From Phoronis australis (Eukaryota; Animalia; Phoronida), in assembly GCA_002633005.1 (NCBI GenBank), contig NMRA01000003.1, positions 1-64,000 on the forward strand: a stretch of 64,000 nt of DNA. Reading direction: 5' to 3'. Both the position numbers and the translations under genes were made by a program. Every line of letters begins with the position of its first letter. Positions within the stretch are counted from its first letter, which is position 1. Below the pieces are notes generated by a model, which searched no databases, was not told the origin of the DNA, and saw only the letters and a list, made by a program, of their open reading frames with translations. Below, piece by piece: positions 36,191-49,405 of the stretch.

Positions 36191-37227
36191 TTATTTGATT
36201 GAGTAGACTGAATGCAACTTTTTGAATCATATGTCAAGTTTTATATAAGGTTCATACTTTTGAGGAAGTTACATTTTGAAGGTGTTTTTGGTCAATTAAG
36301 AGTATTGTATTTACTTTGAAAGGTGTTTTGGAACCTTAATAGTGTTTTTTTTTATGAAGACAAAGATAGTAAAAATAAAAACCGTGAGTCGAGAACTTTT
36401 GCGCAAGTCGCACAATACAAAATTTGTGTGTCTGAATCGCTGTCGGATATAGTCATAGGCCTATTACCTGTTTCAAGCAAATGGTTTTATGTTCGGGGAA
36501 TGGTGTGCCCCTGGGTCATGTTCCAATTTAATGGCATGTTACCCTTCATTTATTCAAACGGTTGAAACCAAATCCTATCATCATGGCAAGGGTGAGAGCT
36601 AATTTCGCAGTTCTTTTTACATAGTTTTAGTAAAACCACATTCTCTTGCCGTATGACAAAAACTTTGTAGCTCCCCCAAAAATGAAGAAAATGCCTGGGG
36701 GTCGGGTTTGACGGCAATTTTTTTTTTGAGTAAATGGGAAGTGATTGCCAGGAATGGTATTTGGTAGCTCCTTGAAGTCGTTTTGAGTAAAGGAAAACCA
36801 AAAAGTTGACCTCTCTTCTTATCTACCCAGATTGGGAAGTCCGTTTTCGGAGCACGTCTTTTTTCAGTGTTGAATTTTTGTTGCGAATCGAGGTACCCTT
36901 CAGAAAAGTGAAAATTGTTAAAAATCTGGATGGTAATGATATTTGTTATCCTAAATTTCTAGATTATTGAGTGCAGGAGCATTCGGATTCATGTCCCCTC
37001 CCTTGCACCGTCTCCCATTTTCAAATTCCATCAACATAAGGATATCACTAGGTTGATTCTTTGTAATACATTGGCATTCTTCTCGAATTTTTTGTGTTGC
37101 CATGGCCTATGGTGTTACTTGATGTCCACGTTTCGCAAATCCGCTATTCAAAAATTTAGCTGATTACGCGTGAAAAGCAACTCTGAGTACAGCGTCGGTT
37201 TGTGTTTCATTGCGCGGCATATGTGAA

Positions 37228-38280
37228 ATGTATGAATTTCTTGAAATAGACCAGCCTTTCTGTGATGACTATCCTCATCCACCACCAGCAGACAAGGACG
37301 TGCGCGATAAATTCACCATCTTACGAGAACGTATCAAACGCTTACAGTCCAGACTAGACGATATTGAATTTTGCAGCACGAAAGTACAACAAGAAATAAT
37401 AAACGGCCTAACGAAATTGGAAAAGCAAAGCCACCTCTCCGCCTTCTTGTTGTTTTACACTGAACATCAGCAATGTGGACGCATACTTTACCAATATTTG
37501 CGTCAATTTTACGTACATGAAAAAAACTTGACAAAACCCAGGAATGGAGACGTCGCCAGACAGCTAGAAGAGAATGAAAACAGGGACTGCGACGAACAGG
37601 CGAATGTTGATCTTGCAATGAATTTGTACGAATCCTTGTCTACACCGACACCATTTACTGAAGTTAGCATTAGGATGCTACTTACAAAATCACAGGTTGA
37701 CATTTTAAATTCTGTTATTAAGTACTCAACGAGGCTTAATTATGATTTAGGAAATGCTTTGCTCTTCGTGGCCGACTTCTTTCATCGTCGTGTTCAAGAC
37801 CATCCCACAGCCACTGGAACAGACGTGTCGTTGCTCCAAGACTTTCCGAACGCTACAACTGGAAAGGCGAATGCAAGACGAAAACCGTTTGATGGACTGA
37901 AGAACTTAAATGTAAACCCTTGCGTTGGTTTACGAATGTTTACAACGACCTCCTTTGACAGCATCTGTGAAAGAAATCACTCGTCGGATGGGCAAAGAAT
38001 TCTAAGAAAGGTACACAGTGCATGCGTAAAATCCAAGGCCAACAAACCTATTTTGTCGCAGTCTCTGTCGAAAATCCCTAAGCTGGTATCTTCCAGCTCT
38101 TCACTGAGAACAAGAGTCCCTTACCAAACTCAATCCGGCAGCTCGATAGTGAGCGATGTTGCTGCAAAGGTGACTTGTAGTCCTTCAACAAGTGCCCACA
38201 CGTCACGAATACCCGTATTTTCGAACGTTTCGACAAGCAAACGAAACATACATCGTAGAGTTCGTAGTGACATTTATTAA
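37228..38280 (+). CDS. Uncharacterised intronless protein, 350 aa (N-terminal coiled-coil/helical region, Ser-rich tail with SxIP motifs)
   Basis: 1053-nt uninterrupted ORF from ATG 37228 in AT-rich DNA. No domain or transposon motif recognised. Confidence 0.65.
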   Translation: MYEFLEIDQPFCDDYPHPPPADKDVRDKFTILRERIKRLQSRLDDIEFCSTKVQQEIINGLTKLEKQSHLSAFLLFYTEHQQCGRILYQYLRQFYVHEKNLTKPRNGDVARQLEENENRDCDEQANVDLAMNLYESLSTPTPFTEVSIRMLLTKSQVDILNSVIKYSTRLNYDLGNALLFVADFFHRRVQDHPTATGTDVSLLQDFPNATTGKANARRKPFDGLKNLNVNPCVGLRMFTTTSFDSICERNHSSDGQRILRKVHSACVKSKANKPILSQSLSKIPKLVSSSSSLRTRVPYQTQSGSSIVSDVAAKVTCSPSTSAHTSRIPVFSNVSTSKRNIHRRVRSDIY

Positions 38281-39055
38281 CCATTTTACCCAATGTTACA
38301 AAACATTTCAAAAATGCAGGCGTCATGTCGGGAGCAAGTAGCACACTCATCCAATCACTAACGTTGGCACTATTGCCAGTGAATGGTAATTACAATATCG
38401 ACTATTTGAATTGAGTGAAAAGAGAACCCTGTTAAAGATGTTTATTACCCACTGGTATACTTGAATGTATAGTCCCGGCGAACCTTGCACATGACGACAG
38501 GATTACAATATTAAGCATATCTGTATGCATAAATTGTATGCATAAATAGACACCTCAACAACTGATGTCACATCACGTGACCTAATCTGCCCTATTACTA
38601 AAAGTATAACTTTACGGTAAGAGAATGCATGATCAGTCGTTGATGATTTCATAATGTTTGACCTAGTTACCGGCTACAGTCAACTGTAGCAGGGCCACTG
38701 AGCACTGAAATGTCTTCATACAATGATTTTATGACATTTCTTGATCTAATTTAGCTCAGCATGGCATTTTCAGAACATAGATGACAACCAAAATGACTCC
38801 CCCCCTGAAGGCAATCTAGTAAATTACATCGTTTTTCTACTTTATTAAAAATCAAAAGCCTTTACATTTTCAACGTCGAACAATCTTATCCCGTGCTTGT
38901 TTTTTCAACTGGAACAAGGATAAACTAACCAAAATCTAAAAACGCAAATGCATGAATAAACGTGAGTTACTCTGTATGAAGGCAGGTAAATCTGCCTGCC
39001 TTAAGTATGCATGTTTATATGTAATTATGTTCACAAAAACATTCTTTTGTTCTCT

Positions 39056-39460
39056 CCAGGCCCTGGTATATTCTTTTTATTCGAAGTGAATCTCGAAAAG
39101 ATTTTTAGCATTTTCCGTTCTCCTCGTTTTCGAACTCAATATAATTACCTTTTGTCCTGTGCTTTGGTAAAATATGCATTACGCAAACCGCTGTGTAATC
39201 CAAATTCGCACTTTATGACCTCTAGATTCGAACTACAAACTCGAGTAAAAATTGGAGATTTCTAATTCGGACTTACAGCTGATTTAATGCTGGGGTCTCC
39301 AAGAGCAAAATAGGATTACACTGTCACCAACATAAACCATAACATACTTGGGCACAGACCTCAGCTCGTAACAAATTAGAACAGAAAGTGTGAAAAATAA
39401 TTTCGAATTCGGTTTCTAGTAAGAATACTGTATTCTGTATTCGTGTTTTGTATTATCATC
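39056..39460. mobile_element. MITE family with ttcgaa/ctcga-rich interior (related copies at 41044-41297 and 47189-47593)
   Basis: Shared segments (ctcgagtaaaa..tttaatgctgg..aggattacac; gagttcgatt..aagattag.cc.tggtcc) across three loci. Confidence 0.6.
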
Positions 39461-40116
39461 ATTCAAACCAATTAATAGTACATTTTGGCACAAACACTGA
39501 TATGTTTAGTTATCTGCTACCTGCAGAAATGACCAGTTAAAGAATTGCTAAATTTTTCATAGCATTGTTAGATTATTAAAGTGCATCTTAGCGATGGTAT
39601 CCGCCTGTAAGCCAACACCCAAATTTTGCTGATTCTCGCGTCAAAGTAAAAGTGACCTCCGGAAGTGCATTTTAATAAAACAAATAAATGTGGAAATCAC
39701 CTGAGCGGCACCCCGTCTTCAATTTCCAGAGACGCTGTTTGTGCAAGTATGTAACACCTTGTAATTCGTCATATGAGTATATGATACGAAAATTCCAAAA
39801 ACCAAAACGTCACGGAATATTGCTTCTCCACACGCAATATGACTAAAGTTTCGTAAGCAGTTCTTGGCCGCATTATTGGACCACCGAATATCAGATCTAC
39901 AGAGTGGCTGATGCCGCTAACAATCAACGCAGACTGATACAAAAAGAAGAGATTGGAGGTCTAATTCGCCATTAGAAAAAGTCCCAAGTGTACACCGTCT
40001 GACTGTTCTGTCTTTTTGTCGTACAAGCCCAATGTCAAACTGTAGATCTGCCTTCTTACCGTGAGAAGCCCGTATGTACATTCCAGTGGAGTGATTTGCG
40101 CTCTGTTCTAGACTAT

Positions 40117-40286
40117 GGTGGGCCGTTTAGGAAAAAGTGTCACCGTAAAATTACGTTCGTAATTACTACGCCGTAAAGAGTTAAATTACGTGTATAAATT
40201 ATTTTGCTGTCGTAATTAACGGCGTAATGATTCGTAGTTACGAGCTCACCTTCCTCCCAACGACACTTCCTCCAAACGGCCCACCT
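40117..40286. mobile_element. Palindromic MITE
   Basis: TIRs ggtgggccgttt.g.a..aagtgtc at both ends; interior rich in cgtaattac inverted motifs. Confidence 0.65.
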
Positions 40287-42299
40287 GCATACTGTTCATT
40301 CTCTGCCTTCGCCAAAACAGTTACAGTCTCACTCGTAAGACGGCATTTAGGACGCCTTTGTGAACATTCGTTTTACGCGTCTGATCTGCATCCTGGTCTG
40401 ACGTCATTCTGATACTGAACGTGGTATACAATTGTTTTCCATTATGGTACTCACATTAGCCAACGCAACCCAACAGCAAGTTAGATGTTGACGACACAGT
40501 ATTTGCTGAAACTCTTATTGCTGTTTAATACGCAATCGAACACAAATCACATGATATTCAAGTATTACTCCGACAAAGATGGCTTTGATGTCAAACATCT
40601 CGCCTTGATCAAGGTGGCCGCTACTTAGCCGACATGGGTTGGATGTCACATAAAACGGTATGTAGCATGTAGACCTGACTGCTTGAATATAGCAGTGACG
40701 AATTAATAATTCTGCTATAATTCGTCTTTGAAACACGAACCTTGCCTCTGGTAGCTCTGCATCAGGAATTCTCCGCTGTTCTCGTAATACATGGGCATAA
40801 TCACGCGGCAAAGTACAAGGTGTGAACAAATGCGGATGAGCCTATCTTCCGACGGATTCGATGTAAGCCGACTACATGACAAGAACCCCGGACACATATG
40901 TCCGTTCAGACATGCCGTAAGAGTAACATATTTTTGGCCATTTCCGTTCATCTTTAATACAGACTCAGGATAAGGGTTCACTATTCTGAGCTCGAGAATC
41001 TTATGGTTCAAGTAAACAGGCGAGTGTCTAATCAAAGTTTGCACTCTGGCTCGCGATGACCCAAATGAGTTACTAATTCGAGTAGAAACTCGAGATGTCG
41101 AATAAAAACTTGCGATTCCGAACCAATAGTTTTAATGCTGGAGTGATCAGCTGCAAAACAGGATTACACAACCAACCATAGACCACAGAATTATAGACAA
41201 TAATTTTGTGTTCGTGTTTCTAGTCACTGAGAACGGAAAATGTCAAACATATTTTTCATTTCGAGTTCGATTGGAAAGATTAGACCCGTGGTCCTGGTTT
41301 TTAAAGTTGAGCACCCTACTAGCGAGTTGAAAAATCCTACTAAACAAGCGGCAATCGTAACAGGGATGACGTAATAATACAACTCTGAGTTCCCCCAACT
41401 CCTTAAGGACTGATCAGGTGAAAAATCGCCGCGCGCCGATAACAGATCACCACGGCAAGTGGATATGTGCGTAGTGTATTATTTATTTTCAATTTCAGGT
41501 AAATTTCATGATTCGCCGAGACGTGTAAAAAACTTAAATTTTGATCCAACAACCCCATACAAACATTCATACATACGGGGTACAGTAAAAAACAGAAAGA
41601 CAGACCCATACAATCAGACACTAATAAAACGTTTACTCAGCATTTGCGTTCTTTTTAGATTTGATCATTCTACTTACTCACAGATGATAAAACAATCATA
41701 GAGTCGGATTTTTGACGAATAAGAATTCTTATGAAAATCTCTTTCCTACCTTGATGTAACATTATCATCCCATTTTGTCGGCCATGTTGAATTCTAAAAA
41801 AGTCAAGCTGGCGGTAATTGGCCTCCAGTCTCATTTGAGTCCACGATTAAGAGCAACGCGGCGCGTTGATATGCACCCACCGTGCGCATTGCATACAGCA
41901 CAGATGCTAGAGATGATCATTACTTTTAAACATACCTACTGAACGAATCAATGCTATTAAATTGAACAATAGCCTCTAGGGACTGGTAAGGAAGCCAAAA
42001 ATGCTCTCCTCATTAACAGAAACCTACAACTAATTATGATTCTTCAAGAAGTTTGGACGATAGGGGGGCAGACGACAAAGTACACAAAAACGACAAAAGG
42101 CTACTAGGACATGGGCGGCGCAGCACTGAAAAAAATGGGGGCTATAGCCTCCCCCCCAGCCCCCCTGTGGTGCTCCGCCCATAGACCATGGGGGCGCAGC
42201 ACTGTAAAAAGTGGGGCTATAATTACCCAGCCCCCTATGGTGCGCCGGACATGAGGAGGTTCGTCCAAACCGTCTGAAATAGGATTGTGCTGTCGTCTG

Positions 42300-42980
42300 C
42301 GTGACAGTAACTTCTTTGTCAAACTTCATGAACATCCATCAAGAAACATGATAAATATCAAGGCTAACGCAAAGAAAAACAAAATTGCCATTAAGGGACT
42401 CCGTGGTAATTAGGATTTGACCCAAAATCCACATAAGCTGTACTCTCATTAAGAACACATACATATTTCATAAAGACCCATAAAGCAACTTGGTTGCTTA
42501 GATCTATTGAGCCACAGGAAAAAAATATCACTAGAGGGTGTCACAGCAGCCGGACCTCTCCGAAACTCATCGTCAACCATGTAATTAAGTTCCTGCCTGT
42601 TTTCATTATGGTCCTTAGAGTTGTTTGGTAGAAATTGAGACGGACGCCAAAGACTCGAAAAATAAATTAAAACGGCCACAAGGTGACGTACAATTATTCA
42701 AATTCATCCTTAAATGGTGCTATCGTCTTTTTAATATATTTGTCAAATTTCATGTAAATTCGTTCAGGGGAAAACAGAGGAAAACCCAAAAAACTAAGAT
42801 TGCCATTCGGGAGCACAACGGTAGCCAGATGTTACCGAAAGAAATCGTCACCCGTCGCCACGTTGACCGAACTGCACTCAGTGCCAAATTTCCCAAAGAC
42901 CGATCCTTCAGGGGTTTAGGAGCACCATCTGCGGACGCGAAAAAAGCTGTTAATTATCCGCGTGGTCATCCACTTTGAAT
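42300..42980 (+). repeat. Degenerate satellite-like element (about 130-145-bp units); same family at 24340-25200 and 59480-61030
   Basis: Recurring aattgcca..agg and caaatttcat..ga.cc.tc motifs. Confidence 0.6.
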
Positions 42981-43060
42981 CTTATGGCACTTTACCGGAA
43001 GTAGATTAGTCCAAAAGTAAGTTGAGCGAGGTCATGATTGCATATTGCAACTCATACTGT

Positions 43061-46000
43061 TCATTTTAATATCAAGCAGCGAGGCATGTTTTCTTTCAAG
43101 TAGTCGATCAACTCGAAGGAAGCTCCGGGACAGTTAGTCAGTTCAAGCTCATCCAAGTACCTCAGCTGTATGATGCCCGATAAGCCGCTCTCCGTCAAGA
43201 GGTTACAGCCTAAAAAGACAAACGTTTACAAAACTAGTCTTCAGTCCTGTTTACAGAACAATAATTCAATAGAAATTTCACACACGTACTCTTGTATTTT
43301 TGATATATGAGAATGAGATAACAACTGAACAAGACTGAACTATATAGATATATCCTAGAAGATCTGATTTGGTGTTTTTATAGTCGGAAGAGCAACCTCC
43401 AGTTGTTTACCGTTTAGTGCATTGTGGTGTTGATGCGTCCATCTGGTAACGAGTCTTAATTGACCAAAGATCTTGTCACTGGTCGATACTTTGAGTAAAA
43501 AGCCAGGTTAGCGTTCCCTATCTACTTATTGGTTTACTGTGGGGAAAGCGAGACCACGCATGACCATGAAAAATCACGCCAGTGAAAGGCTTCGATTTCG
43601 TAATTATGTTCAGGAGCTTTCACTGAAGCGCAAACTGTTCGTGTGCCGAAGTCTTGCGTGATCATGCTTTTTCTCGAGTGTCTTGCGTCTACGGAACAGC
43701 TCAGCACTGTTTTTAAAGTACTAATTTATTTACCGTAAACGTACAACAAAACGTTTATTGCAATACATAAGTTTCGAGAAATCTGAACACTATTTAAACA
43801 CCCGTCGGCGATTCGAAACTAAAACGTAATCTTGAAGCAATACAAGCAGTATTTCAGGAAAAGGCGAAGAGATATTTTCTGCAACATGAAAACTGTACAC
43901 TGAACTTTCAGATGGTTCTTGGCAAACCATTGATTAGGTCTTGCTCAATACAGTGGGCACATGGACTAAGACTGCCAAATAACAGAAGCCTGTTAGAGCA
44001 TCAATCTCCTTTTGTTGAAAAGTTTCTTTATTTAATACCTGCTAAGGAGAGCACGCGCAGCTGTTTCATCACCAGCAGGTGTTGGAGGCCGAAGTCTCGC
44101 ACTTGGGTGCACCAGCGTAAGAACAATTTGTTAAGTGACGTCATGGTGGAGAGATAACCAACGCCGATGTCCGTGACGCGGTTACATCTGCAAAGGTATT
44201 GTTACGCGTGATATCTCTATTCGTTTATATTCTCCAGAAATAATTGCATTCACAAGAACAAGGACCAGAAGCTTGGTTACAAATATTAAATAACTGAGAT
44301 AAATTATTTGCTTTGGAAGGTAGGCGTCATTTGTCTATCATAGTACTGGTTATTCACAAGTAATGTATAAAAACCCGAAAACAATGCCGAACAGCTCTGA
44401 TGAAGAGACGACTGTACTGAGGCGAACTGTCCATCGGTTACATTAGGAGTAATCCTTTCTGTATCTAGGCAACAGAGTACATCGGAAAATGTGGTTTCGA
44501 GCAAAACATCTGAGGTCGTTAACTGCTTTGGAAACCGACTACTGACTACATCTTTGTCTCTACGTTACGATAACTCAACGTAACTTAGTCAATGACATGG
44601 GAAACATTGACACGGGGGGCTCAGTTCAATGAATCACTCGCTTTTGAGTTGGCGTGAATGACTGAGTAATACTTCTGCGATTCTTTATGAACAGGCAGTC
44701 TCCGGCTTTAAACTGAACGATTTATTCTGATCATTCTAAGAACAAATCAATAGCGTGATTCGCGGAACATAGATTATGGAATATCATACTATAAATTGTG
44801 AGATTAGCAGGGTACACGGATATGATTTGATATGATATACAAAACAAAGCTGGTACTGGTTGATGTACGCTAAACGTAGACTAGTAACTAATTAGTTTCA
44901 GTCAAACGGAAATGAAACAAAAATTACCTCATTTTCCACTCGCATATGTGTTTCTACATGGTTATGTGATTTCTTTTTGACAATCAGTTTTTTGGCGCGT
45001 TGAAAGAGTTTGTTTGACCATGAGAAATGTTCAATGTATCCTGAAAATGTGTTCTTAACTTAACACACTGCAAAGAACTACTCATTTGTCAATAAAACAA
45101 TGATAACAAATTTCTCGGAAACGTTCGCTTTTGTGAAAACTTTAGCAAATAACTCTTGCACCAGTTTCGCAGTTATGTTTTCACTGAACACCTTGCGACT
45201 TAAAAGAGCCAGTATTGTGAGCCGAAAACATGAAATGTAGTTTGCCTAAGAGAACCTTGTGTCCGTCAGAATGTAAACAGATAGTAACTGCAACTAAATC
45301 TTTTAAATTTTTGAAACAGAGTATTGCTGCGTACGCATCACATACCCCGACACGTTTGGAAAGTCGGCCACTGAAGTTTTCAATATATCAGCAAACGTGA
45401 TTAACGGCTGTGGGAAAGACCTCCAACGCCAAAACACATAATGCATTTTCTGACCCAATTAAGGAAGTGTATTAGTTGCGTAATGGTTTCATCTGTTAGG
45501 GGAGATAAGAATCACGCAATAGCCTACAGCAGAACCATTTTGAGGTGAACTCGGCAAATCAAGGTTAAGTAGCCTTTTAAATAAAACTCTGAGAAACCAG
45601 TTCAACAACATATGGGCGCACCCAGAGGGCTTGGGGGGGGGCTCGAAGGAGCCCCCCCCCCAATTGGCAAAGTGGGCAAAAAGGACCGCCCCCGAGAGAC
45701 AAAAAGTCCGAGAAAATGGGACAAATGTCCACTAAATAAGCGCAAACGCGCAATTCACAGAGGTGACCCCATTTTTTTTTAGTCCGCCCGCTCTTTTGTT
45801 GGCAAATGGTCCACAACGTCGGGAATTCGAACCCCCCCCCATATCGAAGGCTGGGTGCGCGCATGCAACACAATTGAAATAAAACGACAAAACGCCAAGA
45901 GGACAGGTCTTGAAAATGTGGCTTCCCAAAGGCAATAGGGGTCGTAATTAAAAGACACCAACTTGCTTAGATTCAAAATCGAAGTTCGTTACCGCCCTAT

Positions 46001-49000
46001 TCTAAGATTATCACATTAGTGTTCCATGTAAATACTGTGATGACGTCAACCCAGACGAATAGACCGTTCGTAGCCTCAGGACGATGTTACAAGACGGTAC
46101 TACCGTGAAATCCACTCAAATAACATTCAACCAGTGTGTTGACACCACCGGGTTTTGACTTGAAAACACAACGGTTAAGCTGGTCTACAGCAGAAAAATG
46201 AGTTAATCCGGCGACAAGTCCTTCAATAAATTGCCTCCATACCAGAGTACTTCTGTCCCAGTCATTCTTTTCCAAATAATTATTTAGAATTCAAGTTGCC
46301 AAACTAAATCACACTTAAGAGAACACAAGCAAGCCAAGTATCTACGCTAGGTGACACAGTTTCTGTTACAATTTATGAATGCCTTCCCGAACACATGGAA
46401 GTGATATAATAGATCACAGACCGTGTCTTCTATACTTCGATGTGTTCATAATTATTTGGCTAAACCTTTATTCCGAAATTGTGAAGGAGAAGCGCAAAAC
46501 CTTTGTTATCTTAAGTCTTAAGAACCCTGCGCCCGGTTGCATGAATTAAACAGTCCCAAGTAAATTCAGTTTAGTTCCCTAAATCTTCTGTGTATTTGTG
46601 AAAACACTGATTGTCCTTCTAATGCTGTTTGAGTCGCATTACTAAGCCAATATCTGACTTTGATACAAATCGAGAGTGAAGTCTACGTTGAATTCTCAAT
46701 ATTATTGAAAATAAGTAGGGATCTTTTTATGCAACGCCCCTTAATTTAAGTCCCGAATTATTTTGATTGAATTAAGAGCTCAGCTTTTAATTATATAATT
46801 AGAAAATGTCATTAGCCAAAGAAAAGCTCATAATAAAGATAAAATGATACAAAAATATTACATCCGTGAGTAAAGAACGAAACAAATCTGCAAAAGATCA
46901 GGGAACTAAGGTGAGTTCCTATTTGGGACTCTTTTATGCAACCGGGCTCTAGGTTCTGTTTCATGAAAGTGACGTAAGATGTAAGGCAGAAATTTGGTCA
47001 CAAATTTAGCTAAGTCATTATGGGCATTTTAGGAGGTGGCGAAAATGTGAGCCCCCGGTCGGTATCGGTCACTACATCAAAACACCGACACACCACTTTA
47101 GCTGATATCAGGCAATTTCTGAGCCTCAAATAAACACCAGAAAAGAGGTACCGCGTCGCGGCATCAGTTTTCAAAACAACCATAGACCCCGGGGCCAGGG
47201 GTCTCATCTTTGTAATCGAAATCGAACTGAAAATTGTTTTTGACGTTTTCCGTTCTACTTTAATACATTTAACTCAAGATAAGTGTCTATAATTCTGTGC
47301 TTGAGTATGTTACGGTTTACGTGGATGACTGTCTAAACCTAGTTTGAACTTGATGACACCATCACATCATTAAAGTCATAAGTTCGAAGCTGAACTCGAA
47401 TTTTCGAGTTTTTACTCGAATTTATTGCTCCAATCTAGGGGTCACCAAGTCCGAATTTGGACCAGAAACCCATCAGTGTACCCGAGGATAGAAGAATGAA
47501 AACTTATCTGAGTTCACAGGACAGAGAAAAACCAACGATAATTTTGAGTTCGATTTCGAGCACGAAGATTAGTCCTTGGTCCCAGAGCCCAGGATCTAGT
47601 GTCTGAACAGACTCGACTTAGACTCTGAATATGCATGTCTACTCGACCCATGCGCTGCAATTGGTCAATTTTCGAGTCGGATTTTGGATGCACTAGCCTA
47701 AACCCCGAGTTTTTAGTCTAACCCGGGTAAAAAACAGCAGGTTAAATTGAAAAAAAAAATACCGAGTCACATCGGCGAAATGGTCTGAGAATCATACCAA
47801 TCAATTTTGAATGGACACAATAATGATGTTTAACAAAGTTTGTCAATTACCAAACAGAAAGGGCCAGGCTTTGGTACTGAACGTCCGGGTTACGTTGTGC
47901 TGATGTTGGAGAACTCCTCAGGCTTAAACGCTCTTAGTCTATTTAAACAAATACATTGGAGATCATAAACGAGAGGATGAAGGTCACTTTCAGCGACGTA
48001 GTACATTATTCGTTAGATAAATTAAGTTGTTTCCAAATGACAGCCTCATTAATTACGCACTATGTTAAAACATTCACAATACTGACCTATGTCGGTGACG
48101 CATATTGATCGGCATTTTTGAAGACACTGAATCCTGCTGCATTAGACAATAGTATGTAGGATGAATTTTGAAATAACTCATGAATACAAACTGGCATAAC
48201 GGTTCTCTTTCATGAAACTTTTCGAAATGCTATTGGCTTGCTACCTTCAATCTGGGCTAAAATGAGAAGTCAAAGTGTTTGACCAAGAAAAAATTGCATA
48301 ATCACCTGTCAAGTGTCAGCTCTTCTAACTGTCCCAGATCACACGCGATGCTCTCGAGACCAACATCTGACACTTTGGGACACCACGAAAGATCAAGAGA
48401 ACGAAGCTTACGAAGATTTTCGGCAAGCAGTTCTACGCCATCGTCAGAAATCTTACTACAACCAGACAAACTCAGTGTTGTGATATTTGGCAGACAATGG
48501 ACGAGATTAACAATCCCGTGATTCGTGATCTCCCAGCAGGAGTGTAGCCGTAGAGCGCCCAAAGTGTAACTCTGTTTGGTACTGAAAAAAGACAACGCCG
48601 TGTCTGTCACGTGATATGCTTGTAGGGTGAGCTCGTGCAAAGAGGGCAGCATTTGAGAAATGGCACCAACAGTGTCGTCTGCAATGTTGATGCAGTCAGT
48701 TATACTAAGACATACGATCTTGGGGTTAAGAAAAGACCATAGACCTCCTTCAGTTATTTCGTTACATCCTGAGAGCTCCAAGCGATAGACACATTCCATT
48801 TTTTCCAAAGCAGTTTCCAGTGTGTTGTCCGAGACACTTGAGCATCTTAGAGATAGCGAACGAATAAGTTTCCGGCAGTGTGGGAAATTGACCAGCATGT
48901 CGTCTATGTCACCATCCCCAGCACCAAAGAGAGAAATAGAATCAAACCCTCTTTTCTCTAAGCTTTGGTAAAACATAATGCGACCTTCGCCGTTACCTTC

Positions 49001-49405
49001 CCAAGTCTTGCAGTTTAACACCGGCGTCAGGCCTACCCAGAAGCACGAGTTGTACAACACGTCCCGCCATCTCTTGCACACCTGCGTCAACACACAGCGT
49101 TCGCAAGCTTGAAAAAACATGAAAAAATATTTGAGGAAATTTCCATCCATGAATAATTCTTCTACTGTGTTTGGTTTGCTAGTGATCGGAATGTCTCTGG
49201 TCCTCTGCTTTGTCGTGGGTTTCTTCAAAATTCCAGTGATGGTACCGTATACTTTTCCAGCGCCACTACACGGTGAAGGCAGGAGAGATGCGCCGGTTTT
49301 TGATGGACTACTTACGGGAGGCGTTTCTTGCTTGCTGCTTTTATACATCCCAAGCCGCTTGATTCCACTTGTAAGTTCAGCGTACGCTTTACTGATAGTC
49401 GACAT
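43061..49405 (-). CDS. FBXL16: F-box/LRR-repeat protein 16, 465 aa
   Basis: Exons 49405-48306, 44187-44039, 43209-43061 (1398 nt). F-box [29 protein letters not shown]; [15 protein letters not shown]; [10 protein letters not shown]; [12 protein letters not shown]; [10 protein letters not shown]; LEELTLDRC; LFLRWC; [10 protein letters not shown]. 5'UTR acceptor at 49531. Confidence 0.95.
45611..45865. mobile_element. hAT-like MITE in FBXL16 intron
   Basis: TIR atgggcgcacccag / ctgggtgcgcgcatg, G/C runs inside both ends, and flanks caacaaca/caacacaa (degenerate 8-bp TSD). Confidence 0.75.
46524..46953. mobile_element. MITE in FBXL16 intron
   Basis: TIRs gcccggttgcat..agtcccaa and ttgggact..atgcaaccgggc. 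Confidence 0.7.

Noticed and set aside
40515-41044. Overlapping 104- and 109-aa minus-strand ORFs as a pseudogene
   Set aside because: No recognisable domain or convincing splice structure; would need BLASTx.
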